Origin: Candidatus Aminicenantes bacterium
GTDB lineage: Bacteria; Acidobacteriota; Aminicenantia; Aminicenantales; UBA4085
NCBI GenBank assembly: GCA_030691735.1
Contig: JAUYDS010000118.1
Location: forward strand, 21,536 to 85,535
Direction: 5' to 3'
Length of the DNA: 64,000 nucleotides
Of the stretch, positions 26,919 to 37,200 are shown one piece after another; position 1 is the first letter of the stretch, and every line of letters starts with the position of its first letter. Made by a program: the position numbers and the translations under genes. A model generated the notes under the pieces. It ran no database searches and had not been told where the DNA came from. It was given only the letters and a program-made list of their open reading frames with translations.

Positions 26919-29111
26919 TTAGTACCGGCCCCGGCGGTCGGAACGGGGGCCCGAGCCCTGGGGCTTTTTATATCGCGGTTCCTGGTCCCGGTTGGGCTGA
27001 CCTTCGCGGGGCGGCGCCTCTTCTCCGGGATTCGAGTTCTCTTCGAGGGCCTTCATACTTAGTTTTATCTTGCCGCCCTCTTCGACGTTAAGGACTTTGA
27101 CGCTGACGGTCTGTCCTATTTTCAGGACGTCGCGGACGCTCGAGACCCGGTAGTTGGCGATCTCGGAGACATGCATCAGTCCGACGAGGTTGGGCAGGAT
27201 CTCGACGAAGGCGCCGTATTCCTCGATGCGGACGACCTTGCCGGTGTAAGTCCGGCCGACCTCGGCCTCGGCGGTGATCTCGATGATCATCTGCTTGGCC
27301 TTCTCGGCCGCCTCCACGTCGGTCGAGGCGATGGTGATCTTGCCCGTCTCATCGACGTCGATCTTGGCCTTGGTCAGAGCGACGATGCGCTTGATGACCT
27401 TGCCCGCGGGTCCGATGACCTCGCCGATCTTCTCCGGGCTGATGAACAGAGTGAAGATATGGGGGGCATAGGGGGAAATGTCCGGGCGGGGCGCCGGGAT
27501 GGCTTCCTTCATCTTTTCGAGCACTTGGAGGCGGGCGACCCGCGCTTTGTCCAGAGCCTCGCGGATGATGTCCATGGAAATGCAGTCGAGCTTCAGGTCG
27601 AGCTGGATGGCCGTGACGCCCTTGTCCGTGCCGGAGACTTTAAAGTCCATGTCGCCGAAGTGGTCTTCCAGTCCGGCGATGTCGGTCAGGATGGCGTAGC
27701 GGTCGCCCTCCTTGACCAGGCCGATGGCGATGCCGGCGACGACCATGGATAGCGGCACTCCGGCGTCCATGAGCGCAAGCACTCCGCCGCAGACCGTGGC
27801 CATCGACGACGAGCCGTTCGATTCCATGATGTCGGAGACGATGCGGACCGTGTAGGGGAACTTCTCCTCGGTGGGCATGGCGGGCAGGATGGATTTCTCG
27901 GCCAGGGCGCCGTGACCGATCTCGCGCCGGCCGGGTCCGCGGAGGAAGCCCACTTCGCCGACCGAAAAGGGAGGGAAGTTATAATGGAGCATGAACCGCT
28001 TCTTGGTCTCCTCGCCCAGGCTGTCCAGCCGCTGGGCGTCCTCGGGCGTTCCCAAGGTCACGGTGGCCAGGCATTGTGTCTCGCCTCGGGTGAAGACGGC
28101 CGAGCCGTGCGTCCGAGGCAGCATCCCGATCTCAATCGAGATCGGCCGGATGTCGTCGAAGCCGCGGCCGTCCACGCGCCGGCGCTTGTCCAGGATCAGG
28201 CGGCGGGCGAGCTTTTCCTCGAGTTTATTGAAGAGTTCTTTTGTTTCGAAGCGCTCTTTGGCGTTCTCTTGGGGGATGGCCTCGATGAGGCCTTTCAGGA
28301 TCGCGGTTACGGCCTCTTCGCTGGCTTTCTTGCCGGGCGTCTGGATGGCCTCGAACAAGGTCGATCCGATCTTCGTTTCGATCTCGGCCAGTTTCGACGC
28401 GTCGGGCAGATTGGGGGTGAAGGTGCGTTTCTTGATGCCGAGCTTCTGGTAGAGCTCCTTCTGAATATCGATGATCTGGCGGATGGGACCCATGGCCGCG
28501 GCGATGGCGCCGAGGATCTTTTCCTCGTCGACCTCGTTGGCTCCGGCTTCGATCATGGTCACGCCTTCTCCCGTTCCGACCACGAGCAGGTTGAGGGGGC
28601 TGATTTCACGTTCCTTGGCCGTTGGGTTGATGACGTACCGATCGTTGATCAGGCCGACCTTGACCGCGCCGATGGGCGTGGTGAAGGGAATGTCGGAAAA
28701 GTACAGCGCCGCCGAAGCGCCGATGAGGCCGAGCGTATCGGGCTCGTTCTCGATGTCGGCCGACAGGAGCAGGCCGACGACCTGCGTCTCGAAGAAATAG
28801 CCGTCGGGGAAAAGGGATCGGACGGGCCGGTCGATCAGCCGGGCGACGAGGATCTCGCGCTCCGAAGGCCGGCCTTCGCGCTTGAAAAAGCCCCCGGGGA
28901 TCTTCCCGGCGGAGTAGGTGTTCTCCCGGTAATCGACGATCAGGGGAAGAAAGGGCTTGTCCTCTTTGGCCTCCCGTTTGGAGGTCGCGGCGACGAACAT
29001 GACCGTATCGCCGTAGCGAACGAGCGCGGAGCCGTCCGCCTGTTTGGCGATCTTGCCGATCTCTATGGATAAGATGCGCTGATTGATCTCAAGACTGATT
29101 GTGTGAGACAT
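26919..29111 (-). CDS. pnp: Polyribonucleotide nucleotidyltransferase (PNPase)
   Basis: Two RNase PH domains, KH and S1 domains; 730 aa. Confidence 0.92.
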   Translation of the reverse strand: MSHTISLEINQRILSIEIGKIAKQADGSALVRYGDTVMFVAATSKREAKEDKPFLPLIVDYRENTYSAGKIPGGFFKREGRPSEREILVARLIDRPVRSLFPDGYFFETQVVGLLLSADIENEPDTLGLIGASAALYFSDIPFTTPIGAVKVGLINDRYVINPTAKEREISPLNLLVVGTGEGVTMIEAGANEVDEEKILGAIAAAMGPIRQIIDIQKELYQKLGIKKRTFTPNLPDASKLAEIETKIGSTLFEAIQTPGKKASEEAVTAILKGLIEAIPQENAKERFETKELFNKLEEKLARRLILDKRRRVDGRGFDDIRPISIEIGMLPRTHGSAVFTRGETQCLATVTLGTPEDAQRLDSLGEETKKRFMLHYNFPPFSVGEVGFLRGPGRREIGHGALAEKSILPAMPTEEKFPYTVRIVSDIMESNGSSSMATVCGGVLALMDAGVPLSMVVAGIAIGLVKEGDRYAILTDIAGLEDHFGDMDFKVSGTDKGVTAIQLDLKLDCISMDIIREALDKARVARLQVLEKMKEAIPAPRPDISPYAPHIFTLFISPEKIGEVIGPAGKVIKRIVALTKAKIDVDETGKITIASTDVEAAEKAKQMIIEITAEAEVGRTYTGKVVRIEEYGAFVEILPNLVGLMHVSEIANYRVSSVRDVLKIGQTVSVKVLNVEEGGKIKLSMKALEENSNPGEEAPPREGQPNRDQEPRYKKPQGSGPRSDRRGRY

Positions 29112-29132
29112 GGTTTTCGGTGAAGGGGGCCT

Positions 29133-29399
29133 TTACTTGCGAAGCCCGAGCTTTTGGATCAGTTTTTCGTAGCGGCCGCTGTCTTCCTTTTTCAGGTAGG
29201 CCAGAAGCCGTTTCCGTTGCCCGACGAGCTTCATCATGCCCATAGGGGAATGATGGTCGGTCTTGAACGCGGTCATATGCCGGCTCAGCTGGCTGATCCG
29301 CTCGCTGAGGAGCGCGATCTGGACCTCGGCCGAGCCCGTGTCCGTCGGATGGACTTTGTTCTCGGTGATGAGCTTGTCTTTCTTGTCTTTCGTCAACAC
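29133..29399 (-). CDS. rpsO: 30S ribosomal protein S15
   Basis: 88 aa; GSAEVQIALLSERI...L..H....KD.HS..GL; conserved rpsO-pnp synteny. Confidence 0.92.
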   Translation of the reverse strand: MLTKDKKDKLITENKVHPTDTGSAEVQIALLSERISQLSRHMTAFKTDHHSPMGMMKLVGQRKRLLAYLKKEDSGRYEKLIQKLGLRK

Positions 29400-29500
29400 T
29401 TTAATTTTTCTCCTTTAAATCGTTGATATCATAGCAAAAATGGATGGGGATGTAAACCCGGGGAGACCCGCGGCGGGCCGGATAGGCGCCGGCCCATATG

Positions 29501-29568
29501 TCCACGGCGGCCGGGGCCCCGGGCTTTGCCCGGGGGTCCACTTCCGCCGCGAAGGCTCGTCCCTTGAC
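29501..29568 (+). repeat. Mosaic palindromic repeat element family A, copy 4 (minimal form, intergenic)
   Basis: TCCACGGCGGCCGGGGCCCCGGGCTTTGCCCGGGGGTCCACTTCCGCCGCGAAGGCTCGTCCCTTGAC: the two ends plus the core hairpin only. Confidence 0.85.
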
Positions 29569-29646
29569 GATCGCCGGGAATAGGGTTGTAGAAGGGAAGC
29601 AGCCCCTCTGTTCGTCGTTGGAAGGGTCAAGGTCGGTGGTTGCGGC

Positions 29647-29865
29647 TTACTTGGCCAGCGCTTTTTTGCGCTGCAGAAGCTGTTTGGCGTAGCGTGATCT
29701 CAGAAATCCCTGGGCGACCTTGACCTCGTTCAGCTTGACATCGATCTCGGCCAGGGTCATCTTGTTGATCTTCTTGTTGCCTTCCGCCTTATTCTGTTCG
29801 GCGTCGCCGGCGGCCTGGGCTTCGGCCTTTGGCCCGGGCTTGGCGGTCTCTTTTTTGTCTGCCAT
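29647..29865 (-). CDS. Hypothetical small Lys/Ala-rich protein
   Basis: 72-aa ORF upstream (in transcription) of rpsO-pnp; no recognised domain. Confidence 0.4.
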   Translation of the reverse strand: MADKKETAKPGPKAEAQAAGDAEQNKAEGNKKINKMTLAEIDVKLNEVKVAQGFLRSRYAKQLLQRKKALAK

Positions 29866-30016
29866 ACGTTTTTCCTTGTGTTTATTAATCTTTCTTTTTC
29901 CGAATGATGATAACAGAATTCTCCGTCCGGGTCAATATGATATCGCGAATACGCCGTTCATCTGCTATTGATGGATTTATATTCAGGCGAACAGGCTATG
30001 TCCAGGCGGCGGTTAT

Positions 30017-30121
30017 AATCCCCCCACACCCCCCCTTTACTTGGCGGGAAATCAGGTTCCCCCTTTCCTAAAGCGGGCAATCAGTTCCCCCCTTTTCTAA
30101 AGGGGGGTTAGGGGGGATTAT
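30017..30121 (+). repeat. Repeat family B: tandem C5-8/G5-8 clamp hairpins (CCCCCTTTTCTAAAGGGGGG...GGGGGGATTAT)
   Basis: About 40 nt nearly identical to 46612-46652; several CCCCC-(A/T-rich loop)-GGGGG hairpins. Confidence 0.7.
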
Positions 30122-30123
30122 CA

Positions 30124-30303
30124 ACGGCGGCCGGGGCGGCGGCAGGGGCCCCAGGCTTTGCAGTCCTCATTTGCGAAGCGAATGAGGGCAGGCTTTGTCT
30201 GGGGATCCGTTTCCGCCGTACTCAGCCGCGTATTTACATCGCGGGTGAGTGCCCCGGGCTTTGCCCGGGGGTCCACTTCCGCCGCGAAGGCTCGTCCCTT
30301 GAC
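30124..30303 (+). repeat. Mosaic palindromic repeat element family A, copy 5 (longest form, intergenic)
   Basis: Contains all modules (the CCTCATTTGCGAAGCGAATGAGG hairpin, the GTACTCAGCCGCG hairpin, the core CCCGGG hairpin and both ends). Confidence 0.85.
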
Positions 30304-30478
30304 CTTGGAGTTCCTCTCTAAAGACGACCGAATCTGGGAAAATAGAACCGTCCCCTGTTCCCATTTGACCCGCTTGAATTTAGGGATTGAGTTGTCTGTC
30401 ACCGAAATTGGGGAGCGAATTGACTTCCCCCTGGGCCTATGATATTTCTCAACCTACGTTTTTTGAGGAGGCTCGGGA

Positions 30479-32140
30479 ATGCAGGCCATCGGTCTCCAAT
30501 TCGTCGATTGGGTCATCATCCTCTTTTACTTCGCCTTCATCATCGGCATGGGCTTCTATCTGAAAAGATACACCAGGAGCGAGGAGGATTTCTTCCTGGC
30601 CGGCCGCCGCAACAGCGCTTGGGTGGCGGGCCTGGCCTTCCTCTCGGCCAATCTCGGCGCCCTCGAGCTCCTCGGCATGACCGGCAACACCTATAAGTAC
30701 GGGATGTACGTGGCCCACTTCTACTGGATCGGGGCCATCCCGGCCATGCTCTTCCTCGGCATCTTCATGATGCCGTTCTACTACAGCAGCCGGATCAAGT
30801 CCGTCCCCGGCTATCTTAAACTCCGCTTTGACGAGAAGACGCGCGTCCTCAACGGCTTCGCTTTCGCCATCATGACCCTCCTCGTTTCCGGGATCAACCT
30901 CTACGCCATGGCCCTCGTCCTGCACACGTTCGTCGGCTGGAACTGGGACGTGAGCATGTGGGCTTCGGCTGTGACCGTGGCCGCCTACGTCACGCTGAGC
31001 GGCCTGATGTCGGCCATCTTCACCGAGATCATCCAGTTCTTCCTCATCTGGTTCGGATTATTCCTGGTGTCCGTCCTGGGCATCGTCGAGATCGGTAGTC
31101 TGAGCGAAATCATGCGCCGCGTCCCGGAGGCCTTTTCCAAACTGTGGTCCACGTCGGGGGACCCGACCCAGAACGGAATGATGGTCACCTGGGGCGGGAT
31201 CGTCATGGGACTCGGGTTCGTCCTGTCTTTCGGGTACTGGACGACGGATTTCCTGGTCGTTCAGCGGGCGTTCTCGGCCAAAAATCTCCGCTCGGCGCGG
31301 ATGACCCCGATCATCGCCTCGTTCTTCAAGATGGCCGTGCCGTTCATCGTCATCGTCGCCGGGCTGCTCGCGCTCGTCCTGTCCAAGGATCCCAATTCCG
31401 GTTTCGCCCTGATGAGCGACGGCGGCAAACTGAACTACGACTCGGCTTTGCCCATGCTCATCGCCCGCTATTTCCCGCGCGGGCTGGCCGGCCTCGGCAT
31501 CACCGCCCTCCTGGCCGGGTTCATGGCCGGCCAGGCCGGCAACATCAGCGCTTTCAACACCGTCTGGACCTATGACATCTATCAGTCGGTCATCAACAAA
31601 AAAGCTTCGCCCAAGCACTTGTTGCGGATGGGCCGGATGGCCACCATCGTCGGGATAATCCTTAGCGTCGCCACGGCCTACTGGGCCAAGAGCATGCCCA
31701 CGATCATGGACTACATGCAGGCCATTTTCTCCTGGGTCAACGCGCCGCTGTTCGCGACCATGCTCCTGGGCATGTTCGTCAAGTGGATCACTCCGGCCGG
31801 GGCCTTCTGGGGCCTGATCGCCGGGATGGGCTCGTCGATCACGATGTACTTGGCGGTCAAGTTCGCCTGGATCCCCATGAGCGCCGTCACCCTGTCCAAG
31901 GTCGCCAGCGACATGGCCGCCAACTTCTGGAGGGCCTGGTGGGCTTGGCTCATCTGCTTCGTGGTCACGATCGGCGTCAGCCTGTTCACCAAGAAGAAGC
32001 CCGAGGCCGAGCTCGTCGGCCTGGTCAAGGGTCTGACCGCGGAGACGGTGGGGGAGGCGGGGCCCTGGTACAAGACCCCGGTGTTCTACGCCGTTCTGTC
32101 CCTGATCATTTTTGCCCTGTTGAATATCTATTTCTGGTAA
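30479..32140 (+). CDS. Sodium:solute symporter family (SSF) transporter
   Basis: 553 aa, 13-14 TM segments, SSF N-terminal signature (FFLAGRRNSAWVAGLAFLSANLGA). Confidence 0.85.
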   Translation: MQAIGLQFVDWVIILFYFAFIIGMGFYLKRYTRSEEDFFLAGRRNSAWVAGLAFLSANLGALELLGMTGNTYKYGMYVAHFYWIGAIPAMLFLGIFMMPFYYSSRIKSVPGYLKLRFDEKTRVLNGFAFAIMTLLVSGINLYAMALVLHTFVGWNWDVSMWASAVTVAAYVTLSGLMSAIFTEIIQFFLIWFGLFLVSVLGIVEIGSLSEIMRRVPEAFSKLWSTSGDPTQNGMMVTWGGIVMGLGFVLSFGYWTTDFLVVQRAFSAKNLRSARMTPIIASFFKMAVPFIVIVAGLLALVLSKDPNSGFALMSDGGKLNYDSALPMLIARYFPRGLAGLGITALLAGFMAGQAGNISAFNTVWTYDIYQSVINKKASPKHLLRMGRMATIVGIILSVATAYWAKSMPTIMDYMQAIFSWVNAPLFATMLLGMFVKWITPAGAFWGLIAGMGSSITMYLAVKFAWIPMSAVTLSKVASDMAANFWRAWWAWLICFVVTIGVSLFTKKKPEAELVGLVKGLTAETVGEAGPWYKTPVFYAVLSLIIFALLNIYFW

Positions 32141-32155
32141 AGAGGGAAGAAATCC

Positions 32156-32380
32156 ATGGCCGAGAACGTCAAAAAAATGAAACCGATTTGGTTTTTTGTC
32201 GGACTGGTCTTGCTCGTCATGGGCGGCGTGATCCTGGCCACGGGGCTGTACGACCTGATCGCGCGCGTCGAATCCAAGACCGTTCTGGCCCGCCTCCATC
32301 CGAACATCTGGTGGGGCTGCCTGATGGTCCTGGCCGGAGCGATCTTCGTTCTGACGAATAAAAATGCCAGCGTCGAATAA
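32156..32380 (+). CDS. Small two-TM membrane protein immediately downstream of the SSF transporter
   Basis: 74 aa, two hydrophobic helices; 15-nt gap to the symporter stop suggests co-translation. Confidence 0.5.
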   Translation: MAENVKKMKPIWFFVGLVLLVMGGVILATGLYDLIARVESKTVLARLHPNIWWGCLMVLAGAIFVLTNKNASVE

Positions 32381-32522
32381 ACAAGGCCCGCCGGTCACTC
32401 TTGGGAGAAAACCCTTGGCGCGGGTTTCCTCCCAACGGTCCGGCGGGAAAATCCCGCCGTCCCTGCCCTCCTTCCAAGGAGCTTCATGCCACGAATCGAT
32501 ACGGTCGGCCGATCAGGGCGTC

Positions 32523-33674
32523 TTGGTTCGCCAAATCCAGGCAAAATTCAGATCCCTTTTCAAGGACGAACCCATTCTGGTCCGCTCGCCCGGCCGGGTC
32601 AACCTCATCGGAGAACACACCGACTACAACGAAGGCTTTGTCCTGCCGGCCGCTGTCGATAAAGCCATCTACTTCGCCGTTGCGCCGAAAAAAGGCGCCG
32701 TGGGATCTCTTCATGCTTTTGATCTCGATCAGAGCCACGAGTTCGAAATCGCCCGGCCGGTCCGGAGCGACAAAGGCTGGCCGAACTACCTGATGGGCGT
32801 CGTCGATCAGCTCGGCAAGGCCGGCGCCGCGGTCGGGGGCTTCGCCTGCGTTTTCGGAGGTGATATCCCCATCGGCTCGGGGATGTCGTCGTCGGCGGCG
32901 ATCGAGGCCGGACTGGCCTTCTCTCTAAACCGGATCTTCAGCCTGGGGCTCGACCCGCTGAAGCTCGTCAAGCTGGCCCAAAAGGCCGAAAACGAGTTCG
33001 TCGGGGTCCGCTGCGGGATCATGGACCAGTTCATCAACATCTTCGGCCGGCCGAGATCGGTCCTCAAGCTCGACTGCCGGAGCCTGGATCATCAATATTT
33101 TCCCTTCGAACGGGCCGACCTGCGTATCGTCCTGTGCGACACGCTCGTCAAACGGGAACTGGCCGCCTCGGAATACAACGTCCGGCGGGCCCAGTGCGAA
33201 GCGGGAGTGAAAATCCTGGCCAAGCACGCACCGGGCCTCCTCAGCTTGCGGGACGTATCGCTCGAGCTCCTCGAAGCCCAACGCTCCGAATTCGATCCCA
33301 TCATCTATAAAAGATGCGATTACGTCGTGCACGAGAACTTGAGGGTCGAGGAAGCCTGTTCCGACCTGAAAAAGGGCGATTTCACCGCGTTCGGCCGCAG
33401 GATGAACGGCTCGCACGACGGTCTTCGCGACGATTATCAGGTGAGCTGTCGCGAACTGGACGTTCTCGTCGAGGCGGCGGGCGATGTCCCGGGCGTTCTC
33501 GGCGCCCGGATGATGGGCGCCGGATTCGGCGGCTGCACGATCAACCTCGTCGAAGAGACCGCGATCGAGGCGCTGAAAGAAGGGGTTGTCAAGTCCTATA
33601 AGGATATATTCGGCCGAGAGCCGAAAATCTATATCAGCAGCCTGAGATCAGGCACGGATATCATCAAAATCTAA
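32523..33674 (+). CDS. galK: Galactokinase
   Basis: PGRVNLIGEHTDYN signature; GHMP kinase motif PIGSGMSSSAA; start uncertain (TTG at 32523 proposed; no in-frame ATG before the conserved N-terminus). Confidence 0.8.
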   Translation: MVRQIQAKFRSLFKDEPILVRSPGRVNLIGEHTDYNEGFVLPAAVDKAIYFAVAPKKGAVGSLHAFDLDQSHEFEIARPVRSDKGWPNYLMGVVDQLGKAGAAVGGFACVFGGDIPIGSGMSSSAAIEAGLAFSLNRIFSLGLDPLKLVKLAQKAENEFVGVRCGIMDQFINIFGRPRSVLKLDCRSLDHQYFPFERADLRIVLCDTLVKRELAASEYNVRRAQCEAGVKILAKHAPGLLSLRDVSLELLEAQRSEFDPIIYKRCDYVVHENLRVEEACSDLKKGDFTAFGRRMNGSHDGLRDDYQVSCRELDVLVEAAGDVPGVLGARMMGAGFGGCTINLVEETAIEALKEGVVKSYKDIFGREPKIYISSLRSGTDIIKI

Positions 33675-33686
33675 TGGGAGGAGAAA

Positions 33687-36600
33687 TGATGTTTACAACG
33701 ATGAGGAGAGTCTCCATCGGCTTTTTTGTGGCGGCGGTTTGTTTCCTGGGCTTGTCTTTGACGAGCTACGCCCAGAGCCCGGTCACCACGGACGACTTCA
33801 ACCAGTTCACCTGGAGGTGGGTCGGCCCGGTAACGTTCTCGGGCCGGATCACGGAGTTCGCCGTGCCGCGCGGCCAGACGACGACCTACTATGTCCTGAC
33901 GGCCAGCGGCGGGTTGTGGAAGACCGAGGACAGCGGGACGCATTTCGAGCCCATCTTCGACAAGTACGGCAATATGAGCATGGGCTACATGGCGATCGCT
34001 CCGTCCAATCCGAACATCCTGTATCTGGGGACAGGCGAGCCGATGCACGCCCGCTCGAGCACCCACGGCAACGGCATGTGGAAATCCGCTGACGCCGGTA
34101 AGACCTGGGCCAAGATCGGCTTGGAAAAGAGCTATTTTATTCCCAGGGTCGCGGTGGATGCCAAGAACCCGGACATCGTCATCGTCGCCGCCGAGGGCAA
34201 GCTCTACGACAACGAGCCGGACTGCGAACGCGGCCTCTATAAAAGCACGGACGGCGGCAAGAGCTGGACGAACATCTTCCCGGTCAAGGACCGCGGGGTG
34301 GGCGACTTTGTCCTCGACCCGCGCAACTCCGATGTCATCATCGCCGCGGCGTACAAGACCTTCCGCCGGGCATGGACCTACATCGACCGGCAGGCGGGCA
34401 ACCACCTCTACAAGACGACCGACGGCGGAAAGACCTGGAAAAAGCTGACCAACGGCCTGCCCACGGACATGGACCTGGGCCGAACCGGTCTCAGCCTTTT
34501 CGAGAAGAACCCGAACATCCTGGTCGCCCGCCTCGATGAGGAGATAAACCTGGGTTTTCCTCTTCGCGACGGCGTGGCCAATTTCCGGGCCGCCGGAGGC
34601 CCCGGCGGGGGCGGTGGAATGGGCGGCGGGGCCGGTCTGTTCACCGATGAATACACTCTGGCCAAGTTCAAAACGTTCAAGGTCAATCCCGAGCTGGCCA
34701 AGCTGGCGCCTAAATTTACCCCGATCGTTGCCGAGACCGATGCCGACCTGGTCAAGAAACTGAACGAGCTCATCCAGGATAAGGATTTCCTGACGAAGAG
34801 CGGAGCGGATGTGGCCAAGATCAACGCCGCGGCCCGCAAGGTTTACGCTAAAAACGATAACCTCTTGGGCGCGATCACCGAGATCGATAAGCTCCTGAAG
34901 GCCGAAGCCCCAAAGCCGGATTCGGATGAGGCCAAGGGGCGGTTCCAAATCATTAACCGGCATGTCCTCGAGATGTTGTACGGCGGCGTCCTCCGCAACC
35001 AGCAGCCGACGAAACGGTCGGGCGTCATCTATCGGACCGAGGACCAGGGCGAGACCTGGAAGCGGATGACGGAATACAAGCTGTCGGGCGGCAGCGCTCA
35101 GGTCAACCAGACCGAGGGCGGCTATTATGGCCGGATCGTTCTCGACCAGATTAACGACCAGGTCATGTATTGCTCCGACACGAACGCCACGGTCTCCACC
35201 GACGGCGGCAAGACGTTCAAAGCGACCGGTTGGGACAGCGGCAACTACAAGCTCCACGTCGACCATCGCGGGATCTGGGTCGATCCGCAGAACGGCAACC
35301 ACATCCTGAGCGCGAACGACGGCGGGACGGGCGAAACCTGGGACGGCGGTAAGCACTGGAGCCAGAAGGCGACGATCAGCGCCCAGCAGTTCTACGATGT
35401 CTCCGCGGATAACCTCCAGCCGTACAACATCATGGGTGGGACCCAGGACAACGGCGCCTGGCTCGGACCTTCGCAGAACCGCAACAGCTACGGCGTTTAT
35501 GCGGCCGACTGGACCTATCTGCCGACGGGCGACGGCTTCTATGTCGTCCGCGACTGGTGGAATCCCGAATACGTTTACTATGAGAGCCAATTCGGCTCTT
35601 CGAGCCGGCAGAATCTGTCCAACGGCGAGACGATCTCGATGACCAAGAGGACAACGCCGGAGGAAGCGGCCGCCGGCGTGCCCGCCCAGCGCTACCAGTG
35701 GAACGCGCCGATCGTCCTGTCTCCCCACAACCCGGGTATCGTCTACATCTGTTCCCAGTTCGTCCACCGCTCCCTGAGCCGGGGAGAACGCGGCACGTTC
35801 GTCACGATCAGCCCCGACCTGACCAAGGCCAGCAAGGAGCGGATCGCCCTCTCAAAAAAGACCAATCTTCAATACGCGGCGATCTACAGCTTTGCCGAGT
35901 CAGCCAAGAAGCCCGGCCTCTATTGGGCGGGCACGGACGACGGCAACCTCCAGATGTCGCCCGACGGAGGAGTGACCTGGGTCAACATCACCGCCCAGTT
36001 CTACGACGCGGCGGGCAAACCGAAAAAGGACGTCAAGGGCGCCCTGATTCCCTACGACCGCTGGGTCAAGAAGGTCATGCCTTCTCAGCACGACGAAAAA
36101 ACGTGCTATGTCGCTTTCACCGGATACCGGACGCACAACGAGGACAAGACCTACGTCTATGTGACGCGCGACCTGGGAAAAACCTGGACGGACATCTCCG
36201 GCGGGCTGATGAATCCGCTCTTCGACCTCGAGGAGGACCCGGACAATCCGAACGTGCTTTATATCGCCGGTGACTACGGCATCCAGGTGACGATCGACCA
36301 GGGCAAGACCTGGACGAACTTCTCCACCGCGGCGCCCAGTGTCGTAGTCCGCGACCTCTTCATTCAGAAGCGCAACCGGGACCTCGTCATCGGGAGCTAC
36401 GGCCGCGGCATCTATATCGCCGACATCGCTCCGATCAAGGAGTTCAAGGCCGAGACGTTCCAGAAGGATGCTTATCTCTTCGACGTTGAGGACACGATCC
36501 GCTGGAACCGTTTCGAAAGGAGGGGCGAGACTCTGGGCGAGTTCGCCAAGGTCGACAATCCGCCGCTCGGCTCGACGATCTACTACTACCTGAAGGCGGA

Positions 36601-36883
36601 GCCCAAGTCGGTCAAGCTGACGGTCAAAGACCTCGAAGGCAACGTCATGCAAGAGATCACGGGAACGGCGAAAAAAGGCCTCCAGAAGGCGGCCTGGAAC
36701 CTGACCCGGACAACTCCGGGCGCCCCGGCCGGCGGCCAGCGCGGCGCGGGCGGAGGCGGCGGCCAGCGCGGCATGGGCGGCGCTCGGGCGGACGCCGGGA
36801 TTTACAAGGTCACCTTGAACGTGGACGGGAAGGACGTCGAGACCAAGAAGATGAATGTCCTTCCGGATCCGTTGTTTAAGTGA
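33687..36883 (+). CDS. Large secreted BNR/Asp-box repeat protein (sortilin/VPS10- or GH74-like beta-propeller) with Gly-rich low-complexity inserts
   Basis: At least ten S/T-x-D-x-G-x-T-W/F Asp-box motifs (KTEDSGTHF, KSADAGKTW, KSTDGGKSW, KTTDGGKTW, RTEDQGETW, ...); signal peptide; poly-Gly segments. Confidence 0.65.
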
Positions 36884-37200
36884 CAATTGTTGAATAATCG
36901 ATTTTCGGCGATGAAAAAGAGTCGATAGAGGATTCAATCGTATATTGAATAAATTAACGCGAGCGAAGATCCGGGAACGGCCGAAGCGACCATGGAGGGT
37001 TTAGCCTTTCCGAGCCGTCTTTCGAGGGCAGCCGATCCGGAAGAGATCGGCCGGCGAAGCATGTTTGAGCTTCCCGGCGAACTCCCGTAATTCGGAAGCC
37101 GGGAAGCGAGTTCTGAGCCGCCGAGAAGGACGGTGAGGAAACGGCGTTAAAAACCCGAGTCGGGAGCAAGGCCGATTCCGGATCTGAGCGAGGAGGATGA

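Noticed and set aside
31058-32398. 446-aa minus-strand ORF opposite the SSF transporter
   Set aside because: Antisense artefact; extreme Asp/Gly/His/Arg composition.
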